The notes: a model not told the origin generated them from the sequence alone. Numbered from the stretch's first letter, positions 43,622-54,303 are shown. The stretch: 64,000 bases of DNA from Spirochaetia bacterium (GCA_965198005.1 CBDAOI010000004.1:2336001-2400000), one strand, 5' to 3'. A program made the numbers and translations.

Positions 43622-44578
43622 ATGAGAGCGTACATCATCCGCCGAGTTCTGCTCCTCATACCCACCTTCTTGCTCCTCACGATTCTGGTATTCCTGTCGG
43701 TGCGCTTCCTTCCGGGGGATGCAGTAGATGCGCTGATCAGTGATATGCAATATGTCGTAGGTGATATAGACCGTGAAGCGCTCGAGCGGATGATGGGACT
43801 GGACCAGCCGATCTACGTGCAGTATGGACGCTGGCTGGCGGGCATCTTCCTGCACGGCACGCTGGGCAATTCCCTCCTGAGCGACTGGCGGGTCGAGGAG
43901 AAGATACTCGGCAGGTTGCCGACGACCGTCGAGCTGGGAGTGATGGCGATCGTAATAGGTCTGCTGATCGGGCTGCCGGTCGGCATCTACTCGGCGATGC
44001 GCCGCAATACAGCCGCCGACTACGTCGGGCGGTCGGTCGCCATCATCGGCCTGGCAACGCCCAACTTCTGGCTGGCAACCTTGATATTGACCTTTCCTGC
44101 CATCTGGTGGGCCTGGTCGCCACCGTTGACGCTCGTTCCGTTCCGCACAGACCCGTGGGACAATCTGGCTGTCTTCATCGTGCCCAGCCTGATTCTGGGC
44201 ACCTATCTGGCGGCAGCCACCATGCGGATGACGCGCACCATGATGCTGGAGGTGCTCAGGCAGGACTACGTCAGGACCGCCTGGTCCAAGGGTCTCAAGG
44301 AGCGGGTCGTCATCGTCAGACACGCCATCAAGAACGCCCTGATCCCGGTGGTCACCCTGATCGGTCTGCAGATGCCGATCCTGATCGGCGGCTCGGTGAT
44401 CATGGAGAACATCTTCGGCCTGCCGGGGCTCGGTCGCCTGATGCTCGATGCCCTAACTGACAGAGACTACCCGGTGGTCGCCGGCATAAACTTGACGTTC
44501 GCGGCCGCGGTCATGGGAATCAACCTGATGGTCGACCTGATCTACGCTGTTCTGGATCCGCGGGTCCGGTACCGCTGA
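43622..44578 (+). CDS. OppB/DppB-like permease
   Basis: Intact paralog. Confidence 0.92.
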   Translation: MRAYIIRRVLLLIPTFLLLTILVFLSVRFLPGDAVDALISDMQYVVGDIDREALERMMGLDQPIYVQYGRWLAGIFLHGTLGNSLLSDWRVEEKILGRLPTTVELGVMAIVIGLLIGLPVGIYSAMRRNTAADYVGRSVAIIGLATPNFWLATLILTFPAIWWAWSPPLTLVPFRTDPWDNLAVFIVPSLILGTYLAAATMRMTRTMMLEVLRQDYVRTAWSKGLKERVVIVRHAIKNALIPVVTLIGLQMPILIGGSVIMENIFGLPGLGRLMLDALTDRDYPVVAGINLTFAAAVMGINLMVDLIYAVLDPRVRYR

Positions 44579-45510
44579 TGGCCGAACGAGTGCCGGACGA
44601 ACGAGCCGCCGAACGGGCAGCCGCCGCCGCGACCAGGCGACCGGAGCGCCGGTTTTTTTTGGGTAAGTGGCTGAGACGACTGGTCAAGGAGCAGCCCCTG
44701 GGTGCGTTCGGGGGCGTGGTGCTGCTGGCGCTGGTCCTGGTCAGCATCTTTGCCGGTTTCCTGGCGGGGCACGATCCCAACCAGATGACGCTGGCCGACC
44801 GGCTGCAGGGCCCGTCGGGCGAGTATCCGCTGGGCACCGACCAGCTCGGGCGCGACTTCCTGAGCCGCCTGATCTACGGGGCGCGCATCTCGCTGTTCGT
44901 CGGTCTGGCGGCAACCACGCTGCACGTGGTGGTTGCGATGCTGATAGGCGGCACCGCGGGATTCATCGGCGGCAAACTGGACCTGTTGGTGCAGCGGTTC
45001 GTCGATGCCTGGATGTCGTTCCCGGGCCTGCTGCTGTTGCTCACGATCATGTCAATCGCCGGGCAGGGGCTGCTGCAGATAATCGTGATTCTGGGGGTAT
45101 CCTCGGGCATCAGCAATTCGCGGGTGGTGCGCGGCGCGGTGATCGGGATCAAGGAGAACGACTACTTCCAGGCCGCGCAGGCGATTGGCGAGGGCATCTC
45201 CGGGACCCTGCGGCGGCACGTGCTGCCCAACATCATGGCGCCGATCATCGTGATCTTCTCGATCACCATCGGCGGCATCATCGTGGCGGAGGCGTCGTTG
45301 AGCTTCTTAGGGTTTGGCCTGCCGCCCGGGGTGCCGAGCTGGGGCGGAATGCTGAGCCGGGAAGGGCGCCAGTACATGGAGATGGCGCCGCGGCTGGCGA
45401 TCTGGCCGGGCCTGTGCCTGACCATCGTGGTGTACAGCATCAACATGTTCGGCGACGCGCTGCGCGACCTGCTCGACCCCCGGCTGCGCGGCAGCGTCGG
45501 CAGCGTCTGA
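44578..45510 (+). CDS. OppC/DppC-like permease
   Basis: Intact paralog. Confidence 0.92.
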   Translation: MAERVPDERAAERAAAAATRRPERRFFLGKWLRRLVKEQPLGAFGGVVLLALVLVSIFAGFLAGHDPNQMTLADRLQGPSGEYPLGTDQLGRDFLSRLIYGARISLFVGLAATTLHVVVAMLIGGTAGFIGGKLDLLVQRFVDAWMSFPGLLLLLTIMSIAGQGLLQIIVILGVSSGISNSRVVRGAVIGIKENDYFQAAQAIGEGISGTLRRHVLPNIMAPIIVIFSITIGGIIVAEASLSFLGFGLPPGVPSWGGMLSREGRQYMEMAPRLAIWPGLCLTIVVYSINMFGDALRDLLDPRLRGSVGSV

Positions 45511-45532
45511 CCGCCACTGTCGGCAGCCATGC

Positions 45533-45811
45533 CTATTCGTCCACTCGCCGTAGAGCTTCGTCCATCACCTGTCGCGAGAGATGAAGACCAGCGATCATCA
45601 TTTCCTTGATGACGGGCCGAGCTTTCGGGATGAGCCCTCGTCCCTTAACTGCCTTCCCGTCCCTGGCAGACACCTCTGCTGTCGCTGGGACGGCCGTCGG
45701 GTGGATGCATGGTTGGTGTACGGAGAAGCAGACTGGCGCCCTCGGTGATCGGACGCCGCCGCTCCAGCTCGTGGGCCTGCTGTTCAGTATCTTTATGCCG
45801 ACCGACCTCAT
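45533..45811 (-). pseudogene. Chimeric remnant: Phd-like N-terminus plus DUF3368-like C-terminus
   Basis: MRSVGIKILNSR...; KGRGLIPKARPVIKEM..AGLHLS....EALRRVDE. Confidence 0.5.
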
Positions 45812-45916
45812 GGGACGTGGGGTAGCTCCTAGTAGCTACTTCGTCAAGGTGTTTCGGCATCAAGGAGCACGGCTCCTTCGGTTGATCAGCGCGCCGTCTC
45901 GGGTTATACTGCTGGT

Positions 45917-46156
45917 ATGAAAACGGCTGTGTCCCTTCCTGATGAGCTCTTTCATGCCGCGGAACGGCACGCACGAAGGTCGAACAAGTCCCGCAGTCGG
46001 CTCTACACCGAGGCGATCGCCGAGTACCTCGACCGACATACCCCTGATGAGGTCACCAAAGCTATGGACCGGGTGGTCGACCGTCTCGGCGAAACGGAAA
46101 GCGACGATTTCGTATCGCGTGCAGCGCAGCACACACTGGAACGTGTCGAATGGTAG
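45917..46156 (+). CDS. RHH antitoxin (MazE-like partner)
   Basis: MKTAVSLPDELF..AE..SRSRLY.EAI...EW; TATACT upstream. Confidence 0.87.
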   Translation: MKTAVSLPDELFHAAERHARRSNKSRSRLYTEAIAEYLDRHTPDEVTKAMDRVVDRLGETESDDFVSRAAQHTLERVEW

Positions 46157-46497
46157 ACCTTGCTCAAGGAGAGGTGTGGTGGGCCGAGTTGCCGGAGCCG
46201 GTAGGTTCCGGCCCTGGTCTGAGGCGACCGATCGTGGTGGTTCAGGGGAACTCCTTGAACCGGAGCCGGATCTCGACGGTAGTGTGCGTTCCGCTGACGA
46301 GCAACCTGGCCTGGGCGGATGCGCCCGGCAACACGGTGCTGCCGGCGACAGTCACCGGCTTGCCGAAAGACTCGGTCGCGAACTCATCGCAGATCGTCGC
46401 GCTTGATCGGCGCGCTCTGGTAGAGCGCGTACGCCGGCTCGAGGATAGGCAGTTGGCGCTCATTATCCGCGGCATCGACATCGTCCTGGGTCGCTAA
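46150..46497 (+). CDS. PemK/MazF toxin
   Basis: QGEVWWAEL..P.GS.PG.RRP.VVVQ, VPLTSN, GLPKDS. Confidence 0.9.
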   Translation: MVDLAQGEVWWAELPEPVGSGPGLRRPIVVVQGNSLNRSRISTVVCVPLTSNLAWADAPGNTVLPATVTGLPKDSVANSSQIVALDRRALVERVRRLEDRQLALIIRGIDIVLGR

Positions 46498-46519
46498 GCC
46501 CAGGCGCTGCATAAAGGAA

Positions 46520-47395
46520 ATGCAAGAATTCAAAGACAAAGTGGCGGTGGTCACGGGAGCCGCCAGCGGTATGGGGCGTGCATTAGTGGAACGTTTTGCG
46601 CTCGAAGGCATGAAAGTGGTGCTGGCTGATGTCGAGGAAAGGGCGCTGGACACCGCAGTGGAGGAACTGCAAGGGCGGGGGTTCGAGGTAATCGGTCAAT
46701 TGGCTGACGTCTCGCAGTTGGCACAGGTTGAAGCGGTGCGCGATCTGACCCTTGAGCAATACGGTAAGGTCCATATCCTCTGCAACAATGCCGGTGTTAC
46801 CTGTGCCTGGGGAGAGACCCCAACTTGGGAAGCCACTATCCATGATTGGGAATGGGTGCTGGGTGTCAACCTTTGGGGTGTCATCCATGGCGTGCGTACC
46901 TTTCTACCGGTCATGATCGAACAGGATGAGGAAGGGCATGTGGTTAACAATTCCTCCGTGGCCGGCCTCGTAACTGGCCCCGGCGCGACCTACGAAGTGA
47001 GTAAGGTTGGCGTGACCAGGATCACGGAGGCTTTGTACTATGAACTGGCGATGTGTGAAAGCAAAGTGAAGTGCACGTTGCTGTGCCCCGGCGAAGTTGC
47101 GACCAATCTGGACCTGGCAGGACGGAACCGTCCCCCAGCCCTGAGAGATGAACATGAGGCTGGGCGTCAAGCAGCACTCGCAGCGCAAAGCCAAGGGCGC
47201 CACGAGCGCCACCAAAGGGATGGGATGGCTCCATCAGAAGTGGCCGACCGCGTGTTGAATGCCATCAAGGAGGAAAAGTTCTACCTCATCACAGAGCCTA
47301 ATCCAGCCTCGCTGGTAAGAATCAAGGATAACGTACGCGTTCGCATGGAATCCATCATCGCTGAACGCAACCTCCCTCTACCCCGTCATCGTTGA
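46520..47395 (+). CDS. SDR oxidoreductase
   Basis: TGAASGMG, NNAG, YEVSK. Confidence 0.9.
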   Translation: MQEFKDKVAVVTGAASGMGRALVERFALEGMKVVLADVEERALDTAVEELQGRGFEVIGQLADVSQLAQVEAVRDLTLEQYGKVHILCNNAGVTCAWGETPTWEATIHDWEWVLGVNLWGVIHGVRTFLPVMIEQDEEGHVVNNSSVAGLVTGPGATYEVSKVGVTRITEALYYELAMCESKVKCTLLCPGEVATNLDLAGRNRPPALRDEHEAGRQAALAAQSQGRHERHQRDGMAPSEVADRVLNAIKEEKFYLITEPNPASLVRIKDNVRVRMESIIAERNLPLPRHR

Positions 47396-47621
47396 TGCGG
47401 GAATAGAACGACAGGCATCGCCGCAGGGTCGCCTCTCGGGCAGCGCGTCCCGAATAGCGAGCGTCACGATTTTAAGTGTTGCGCCTTCAGGCCCGTCGAA
47501 ACGGGCTACTGTTGCGGTGCCACCATCTGGTAGGCCGGTCGGCGCCGCATCCCACGGCCGGCCATTCCGACCTTTGAATCGTTGGCGCCGCCACGGCGCT
47601 CACAGCCGCCGTGATTGCCTA

Positions 47622-47762
47622 TTGACGTGTTTGCCACAGGTGTGCCATGGTAAGCGCCACGGGTTTTGAACGGATGCAAATGACACGTGGTTACACCACT
47701 CAGCACTGCCACCGGTTAGCGCCCCAAGACCGACGCCCGAGGCGCCGCCCCGCAGGACCGTA
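47622..47762 (+). promoter_or_regulatory. SBP-leader remnant (promoter plus start of uORF1)
   Basis: Close homolog of 10710-10863; MQMTRGYTTQHCHRLAPQDRRPRRRP. Confidence 0.7.
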
Positions 47763-47765
47763 GCC

Positions 47766-49245
47766 ACATCAAGGATTGGCGGAACCTGGTCGGCACGGGG
47801 CCGATGGAGCTCACTGACGTGGTCGAAGGCGCCTCTCTGAAGTGGACCCGGGTGCCCGACTACTGGGGGTTCGACGAGAAGTTCCCCCAGAACCGCTTGC
47901 CCTACGTCGACGAGATAAGCGCCCTCGACATGTCGGATCCTGCGGCGCGTCTGGCGGCACTGCGCTCGGGCAAGGTGGATATGCTGGGGACTGTCGGCGA
48001 CTCTCAAGTGAGGTCAATCGATCAGATGAAAAGCCTGGACCAGACCAATCCCGAGATCAATACGTGGGGCTACCAGTTTCGGTCTGAACACGCATTTGCG
48101 CCCAACAACATCAGCACACCGCCATTCAATGACATCCGCGTGCGGCGGGCCATGCAGATGGCGCTGGATCTGGAGACGATCAGTGAGACCTACTTCAGCG
48201 GTTTGGCCGATCCGACTCCGCAGGGGTTCTTGAACAATGCCAAGCAGGGGATTGGCACGCCATTCGAAGAGTGGCATCAACCTGACGTTCGCGGCCGCGG
48301 TGATGGCAATCAACCTGATGGTCGACCTGATCTACGCCGTTCTGGATCCGCGGGTCCGGTACCGCTGATGGCACTGATGGGTGAACGAGTGACGGCCGAA
48401 CGGGCAGCCGCCGCGGCGCCGAAGCGACCGGAGCGCCGGTTTTTTTGGGTAAGTGGCTGAGACGACTGGTCAAGGAGCAGCCCCTGGGTGCGTTCGGGGG
48501 CGTGGTGCTGCTGGCGCTGGTCCTGGTCAGCATCTTTGCCGGTTTCCTGGCGGGGCACGATCCCAACCAGATGACACTGGCCGACCGGCTGCAGGGCCCG
48601 TCGGGCGAGTACCCGCTGGGCACCGACCAGCTCGGGCGCGACTTCCTGAGCCGGCTGATCTACGGGGCGCGCATCTCGCTGTTCGTCGGTCTGGCAGCGA
48701 CCACGCTGCACGTGGTGGTTGCGATGCTGATAGGCGGCACCGCGGGGTTCATCGGCGGCAAACTGGACCTGTTGGTGCAGCGGTTCGTCGATGCCTGGAT
48801 GTCGTTCCCGGGCCTGCTGCTGTTGCTCACGATCATGTCGATCGCCGGGCAGGGGCTGCTGCAGATAATCGTGATTCTGGGGGTATCCTCCGGTATCAGC
48901 AATTCGCGGGTGGTGCGCGGCGCGGTGATCGGGATCAAGGAGAACGACTACTTCCAGGCCGCGCAGGCGATCGGCGAGCGCACCTCCGGGACCCTGCGGC
49001 GGCACGTGCTGCCCAACATCATGGCGCCGATCATCGTGATCTTCTCGATCACCATCGGCGGCATCATTGTGGCGGAGGCGTCGTTGAGCTTCTTAGGGTT
49101 TGGCCTGCCGCCCGGGGTGCCGAGCTGGGGCGGGATGCTGAGCCGGGAAGGGCGCCAGTACATGGAGATGGCGCCGCGCTTGGCGATCTGGCCGGGCCTG
49201 TGCCTGACCATCGTGGTCTACAGCATCAACATGTTCGGCGACGCC
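47766..49245 (+). pseudogene. Deleted paralog of the 41693-45510 cassette: SBP middle, oppB tail, nearly complete oppC
   Basis: SBP piece 47766-48273 fused via GGC to the oppB 3' end; oppC near-identical to 44578-45460, T7 vs T8 frameshift, cut at FGDA. Confidence 0.88.
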
Positions 49246-49592
49246 CATCCTTCGAGTTGAGCGTGTGCGCCGATGAAGAAATCTGGCAGCGGGACCAGGG
49301 GCGCCACCGTTCCTTGCTGCTTTCGGCGCCGCTCGCGGTACCGGCGATAGGCGGCCGCACATCCGGCTGATGCGGCCGCCGGAAGGTCGAGGGTCTGCAC
49401 GCCCCACGACCGCAGGCGACCGGCTGCCAACTCCGGCTGCCGGTCACCGACACCGACCTCGGCAATGCTGACCGCATTCGCGCCGGCGCCATCACCGACA
49501 ACACCTTCGGCGATCGTCGAAATCGCCCACTCGTGGAACGGTGAGCGCGGCTGAGACGCGTAGATCAGAACGTTGGTGTCGAGCAGGATCAC
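49246..49592 (-). pseudogene. VapC/PIN toxin, 3' end lost
   Basis: ILLDTNVLI, LPDFFIGAHA; the TRD motif is replaced by oppC antisense. Confidence 0.8.
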
Positions 49593-49822
49593 GGCTCGCG
49601 GGTCACCTCACGCAGTTCGTCCCAGGCGAGGGTGGGGCGAAGCGGAGCGGCCTCGATCGCGGCTCGACACTCATCGAAGCTCATTTGTCGCGTGGAGCCA
49701 ACCGGTTCAAGGCGGGTCAAGACGATCCGGCTATCGGACTCCTCCGCGACGCTGAACACCTCCCCGGGACGAGTAGCTCCGAGCACGATCCGTTTCTTCG
49801 AATCGATCACGCGCACCCTCAT
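49589..49822 (-). CDS. AbrB-like antitoxin
   Basis: IDSKKRIVL...PGEVF; GTGA overlap with PIN. Confidence 0.7.
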   Translation of the reverse strand: MRVRVIDSKKRIVLGATRPGEVFSVAEESDSRIVLTRLEPVGSTRQMSFDECRAAIEAAPLRPTLAWDELREVTREP

Positions 49823-50319
49823 AATGGGAATTTTCCACCCTTCGCCGCATCTGTCAAGCTGACCCGGGTGCGGCGTGCCAAGCAGCCGTTCCGTCCGACC
49901 GGGCGGCGCACGCCGTACCTGCGTGTGCTGTTCCAACAGGTCGACGAGGAACTCTGGCGCTGATGCGCATCTGTCCGGACATCTCCGGGTACAGCCACTT
50001 CAGGCGAGGGATGCCGGAGGCGGTGCGAACCGTGACCCGGGCCCGGTCGGTGTTGGTGGCGGCCATCCTCCTGGGCGAGTGGGTGCCGGGTTGGCGGCCA
50101 TCCGCCGTCGGCGCCGGTCGGGAGCGGCACACCACCCCGCATCGCGTTGGCACGCAGGTGCGGACGCCCGTCGAGCGGTCGGTGTTGGCCTGATGGGACG
50201 CACCCGCGCCACGCGCTGGGCACGCCACAACACCGCCGGCACCCAGACCAGACCCTATTCTGGTCCGAAAAAGCGGACCAGCGGGCGATGCCTGTGCATC
50301 GCTTTTCATGGTCTTCCGT

Positions 50320-50563
50320 ATCACGCAGTGACCGTGCCGACTCTATCAATTGCCGAAACCTACAGAAAATGGAGGTGCAAATGATACTCAAAGAACCGCA
50401 CGCGCGCGCGGCGTGAGCCCGGGTGAACCCGGTGAGTCACACGCCGCGCGCTTCAGGAAGTTGACTCTATCTGGCTGGTCGCCTGCGTTGCGGGCGCGAG
50501 AGTAGCCAGGAAGCGGCAATCCGCTTCGCAATACTCTCGAAAAATCCACATACGGAGAAACGT
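50320..50563 (+). promoter_or_regulatory. SBP leader, 3' part
   Basis: TCAATTGCCG.AACCTACAGAAAA.GGAGGTGCAA shared with 14491-14525; hairpins; CGAGAGTA/TACTCTCG. Confidence 0.75.
50381..50416 (+). CDS. Leader micro-peptide MILKEPHARAA
   Basis: GGAGGTGCAA-ATG. Confidence 0.65.
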   Translation: MILKEPHARAA

Positions 50564-51737
50564 ATGAACATTGTAAAAATCAGAATGACCTTCGCGATTG
50601 CGTTGGTCCTCGCCCTGACCGCAACCGGCCTCTGGGCCGCCGGCGCAGATGAGGAGCCGGCAGCCGCCGCCGACAAGAAGTATGTAACCGACCCCACAAC
50701 CGGCAAGGTGGTGACTGCGCCAGAGTATGGCGGGACAATAACCTTCGCCCGAAAAGAAGAGCCGGCGGGTCCTGACGCCGTGCTCAGTGGTTTATGGGTG
50801 CTAGACTACGTCGGTGGCGTTCTAGAGAAGCTGGCCATGGCGGACTGGGCAACGCCCAGAGACAAATTTGACTTCGTAGGTTATGCAGTGCCTCTATTCG
50901 CCTTAAAAGGGGCCCTGGCGGAAAGCTGGTCGCAGCCCGACCCACTGACGTATGTCGTCAAAGTCCGCCAGGGCGTTCACTGGCACGATAAGGCACCGAT
51001 GAACGGTCGGGAGCTGACTGCCGATGATATCGTATATAACTATCACCGAATCTTGGGACTCGGCAGCGGGTTCACCGAACCTAGCGAATTTGCCACCACT
51101 AGCTGGGCCGGTGTGCAAGTGGAATCGATAACGGCCACCGACAAATGGACGGTTGTTTTTAAGCTGAAGGAGCTAAACCTCCGTGCGCTGGCTGCTATCC
51201 TCGACGGCCACATCGTCTGGATATACCCCCCCGAGGTAATCAAGGAACACGGGGACGTTACGGATTGGAGGAACCTGGTCGGCACCGGACCCTTTATGCT
51301 GACTGACTGGACCGAGGGCAGCTCTGTCACCTGGGACAAGAACCCTGACTACTGGGGCTACGACGAAAAATACCCGGAGAACCGCCTGCCCTATGTCGAC
51401 CAATTAAGGGCTCTGCTTATGCCCGAGGTGGCAACAATGTTGGCGGCACTGCGCACAGGTAGGGTTGATCGTGGATACGAATTAAGGAGTCTCGACCAGG
51501 TAGAGAGCCTCCAGCGCACTAACCCCGAAATCGTGATATGGCCATTTTCCAATCGGTCGGATAATGCTTTCGGTATGAACGTTCAGTTGCCGCCCTTTGA
51601 CGACATCAGGGTGCGCAAGGCACTGCAGATGGCAATAAACCTCGAGGAAATTAACAATGCCTTCTACAAGGGTTATGCAGATGTGACACCCCCGCCTCTG
51701 GGTTGATAGTGAGCTGAAGGAGGCAATGGGTCGATAG
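50564..51737 (+). pseudogene. Family-5 SBP with an internal deletion near 51692
   Basis: GYADVTP fused out of frame to the terminal RLWVDSELKEAMGR*. Confidence 0.88.
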
Positions 51738-51833
51738 AGGGAGCGAATCCCTACTGACCACGCAAAAAAGGGGGCTGGGGGGTTGCGCTTCCGAGCGCGT
51801 CCCAGCCCCTCACTCCTCATTGATAGGTGTTTC

Positions 51834-52636
51834 GTGAGAGCCTATATTATCAGGCGATTATTGCTCATCATCCCCACCATGTTCATATTGAGCATCCTGG
51901 TCTTTCTCTCGGTCCGCTTCATCCCCGGAGATGTAGTAGACGTAATGATGGGTAGGATGGAATACCAAACGATGGGGGCGCAACCATTGAGCTTGGTTTG
52001 ATGGCAATCCTCATCGGGCTGGTGATCGCGTTGCCGGTCGGCATCTACTCGGCGATTCGCCAGGATACCGTCGCCGACTTCCTGGGGCGCTCGGTCGCCA
52101 TCGTCGGCCTGGCCACGCCGAACTTCTGGCTCGGCATAATGGTCATGATCTACCCAGCCATCTGGTGGGGCTGGGCGCCGCCGCTGGAGCTGGTTTCTTT
52201 CACAGAGGACCCGCTGGGGAATCTGGCGGTGTTCGTCATTCCCAGCCTGATTCTGGGAACGGCCGCTGCTGCCGCCACCATGCGGATGACGCGCGCCATG
52301 ATGCTGGAGGTGCTCCGGCAGGATTTTATCAGGACGGCCTGGGCGAAGGGCTTGCGGGAGCGGGCCGTGGTGATCCGACACGCGGTCAAGAATGCCCTGA
52401 TCCCGGTGGTGTCCCTGATCGGCCTGCAGTTGCCGATTCTGGTGGGGGGCGCCGTGATCATGGAGAACATCTTCAACCTGCCGGGCCTCGGCCGCCTCCT
52501 GCTGAATGCCCTCAATGAGAGAGATTACCCGATGGTCTCCGGCATCAACCTGTTCTTCGCCACCGGGGTGGTGCTGATCAACCTGCTCATCGACTTGGTC
52601 TACGCCGTCTTGGACCCCAGGGTCCGCTATGACTGA
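51834..52636 (+). pseudogene. oppB with an internal out-of-frame deletion (about 51985); oppC lost after MTD
   Basis: N-terminus jumps to TIELGLMAILIG. Confidence 0.85.
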
Positions 52637-52870
52637 CACGGCGGTGCTGCGCCGGGTGGAGCGGGCGCCGGGTGGAGCGGGCGCCCGGTGCGGCGGAGGC
52701 AACGAAGCCGGCGGCGTGGCCAAAGCCGGGTCGCAGTCGGTCGTCCGGGTAAGGAAGCCGCGGCGGGAATTGACATTTACGGCACTTGTTGCATTCGTGA
52801 CGTTTGTTGGTTACCGTTGGAAAGCAAGTACGGGAGGATGTTGATGGATGATCACGGGCCGGTCAGTTTC

Positions 52871-53305
52871 ATGGAAACGACGTTGCCAGATGATCGGGAC
52901 GTGGCGCTCGCTGCGCGCTCGAGCCGGAAGCTGGCGGCGCTGAACGACAGCTCCGAGCCGGTGCCGGCACGGTTCGGGATGGTCGAGACGGAAACCGTAC
53001 AGCTTCCCGCTCCGGCGATGCGGCTTCTCCGCGAGATCCTGGACCAGATGGCACGCGGCCATGCGGTAACGCTGGCGCCCGTCCATGCCGAGTTGACCAC
53101 GCGGCAGGCTGCCGATCTCCTGCAAGTGTCCCGGACTCATCTGGTGCAACTGCTCAAGGACGGAAAAATCCCCTGCCGCAAGGTCGGGTCGCACCGGCGC
53201 GTGCGAACGGAGGATATCATCGCCTATCGTCGTGCCACCCAGTCTCGCCGGCGGGACGCGCTGAACGAGTTGACTGCCTACGATCAAGAGCTTGGGCTGC
53301 AGTAG
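52871..53305 (+). CDS. Excisionase-family HTH protein (antitoxin-like)
   Basis: ELTTRQAADLLQVSRTHLV.LL..G.IP..KVGSHRRV. Confidence 0.87.
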   Translation: METTLPDDRDVALAARSSRKLAALNDSSEPVPARFGMVETETVQLPAPAMRLLREILDQMARGHAVTLAPVHAELTTRQAADLLQVSRTHLVQLLKDGKIPCRKVGSHRRVRTEDIIAYRRATQSRRRDALNELTAYDQELGLQ

Positions 53306-53308
53306 CGA

Positions 53309-53878
53309 ATGCAGCACCGGGCGGCGCTGCTCGACGCCAATGTATTGTATCCGGCGGGCGTCCGGGACATCTTGTTGCGTCTGGCGGATCGGGGCCTGTT
53401 CAGACCGTTGTGGACGGCACAGATCCATGACGAGTGGATCCAAAACCTTCTCTCTGACCGCCCTGAACTGACGGCCGACAAGCTGCAGCGGACAAGGTCG
53501 ACGATGGACGAACACTTTCCCGAGGCCATGGTCATCAGCTACGAAAGCCTCATACCAGGGCTTGATCTCCCCGACCCGAGAGACCGCCACGTCCTGGCGG
53601 CAGCGATCTGCGCCCGAGCGGATGTGATTGTAACCCGGAACCTGCGTGACTTTCCGGCGGACAGATTGACGCCGCACGGGCTGGCGGCGCAGCATCCCGA
53701 TGAGTTCATATTGGGTCTCCTTGATGCACACCATGGAGACGTGCTCGCAGCGGTTCGCGATCATCGCACCGCGTTGAGGAATCCACCACGATCGCCTGAG
53801 GAGCATTTGGCGGCCCTCGAGAGCGGCGGCTTGGTGCAATCCGCCTCCATACTCCGCGATTACATGGACACAATATAG
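53309..53878 (+). CDS. PIN-domain protein (PIN_3-like)
   Basis: LDANVLYP..RD, LPDP.DRHVLAAA, IVT.NLRDFP, PDEF. Confidence 0.88.
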   Translation: MQHRAALLDANVLYPAGVRDILLRLADRGLFRPLWTAQIHDEWIQNLLSDRPELTADKLQRTRSTMDEHFPEAMVISYESLIPGLDLPDPRDRHVLAAAICARADVIVTRNLRDFPADRLTPHGLAAQHPDEFILGLLDAHHGDVLAAVRDHRTALRNPPRSPEEHLAALESGGLVQSASILRDYMDTI

Positions 53879-53940
53879 CTCGACATGCGCCGAGGTCGAG
53901 TGGATCAGCGCCAGCGCCAAGCACCAACTCGACGACGCCG

Positions 53941-54297
53941 TTGACAGTTTGCCGCGGGCGTGCGACCGTCCACCGCTCGCACGGCCCACGGTCAGCGCAG
54001 TGACCGGTTGCCGGTGACGCCGGTGACGTCCGAGCGCTTGACCGCTGTTGCAGCGTCGGCTAGGGTGACCACCGTGGGAGCCTCACCGATGCGGCTGATG
54101 CCTGACGTGCCTGACGACACGCGCTTGACGGCTGTCGCAGCGTCGGCTATGGTGCCTGCCTTGGGGATTGTGAGCGATGCGCATGATGCATGACGATACC
54201 TACCCGCACAGCCACTGGTTAGCCTCGAAGCGGCCGGTGATACGTCTGTCTACCCCCCCCGTACCCCCCTGTACCCTTTAGAGATTAGAAAGTTCGT
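53941..54297 (+). promoter_or_regulatory. SBP-leader remnant with two uORF1-type motifs and the poly-C motif
   Basis: TTGACA; QRSDRLPVT; MMHDDTYPHSHWLA...TPPVPPCTL*; 26-nt match to 5346-5371; internal direct repeat of about 34 bp (54034/54121). Confidence 0.6.
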
Positions 54298-54303
54298 CAG
54301 GGA

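Noticed and set aside
41693-48273. Diversity-generating retroelement acting on SBPs
   Set aside because: No reverse transcriptase in the window; paralog differences affect all four bases and many are synonymous, not adenine-specific
49850-50250. Possible transposase remnant or further uORF1 copy (PHRVGTQVRTP)
   Set aside because: Similarity too weak to call without a search
50414-50452. Selenocysteine UGA plus SECIS in the micro-ORF
   Set aside because: The UGA lies within the 5' strand of the stem, and the downstream loop length and frame differ between copies
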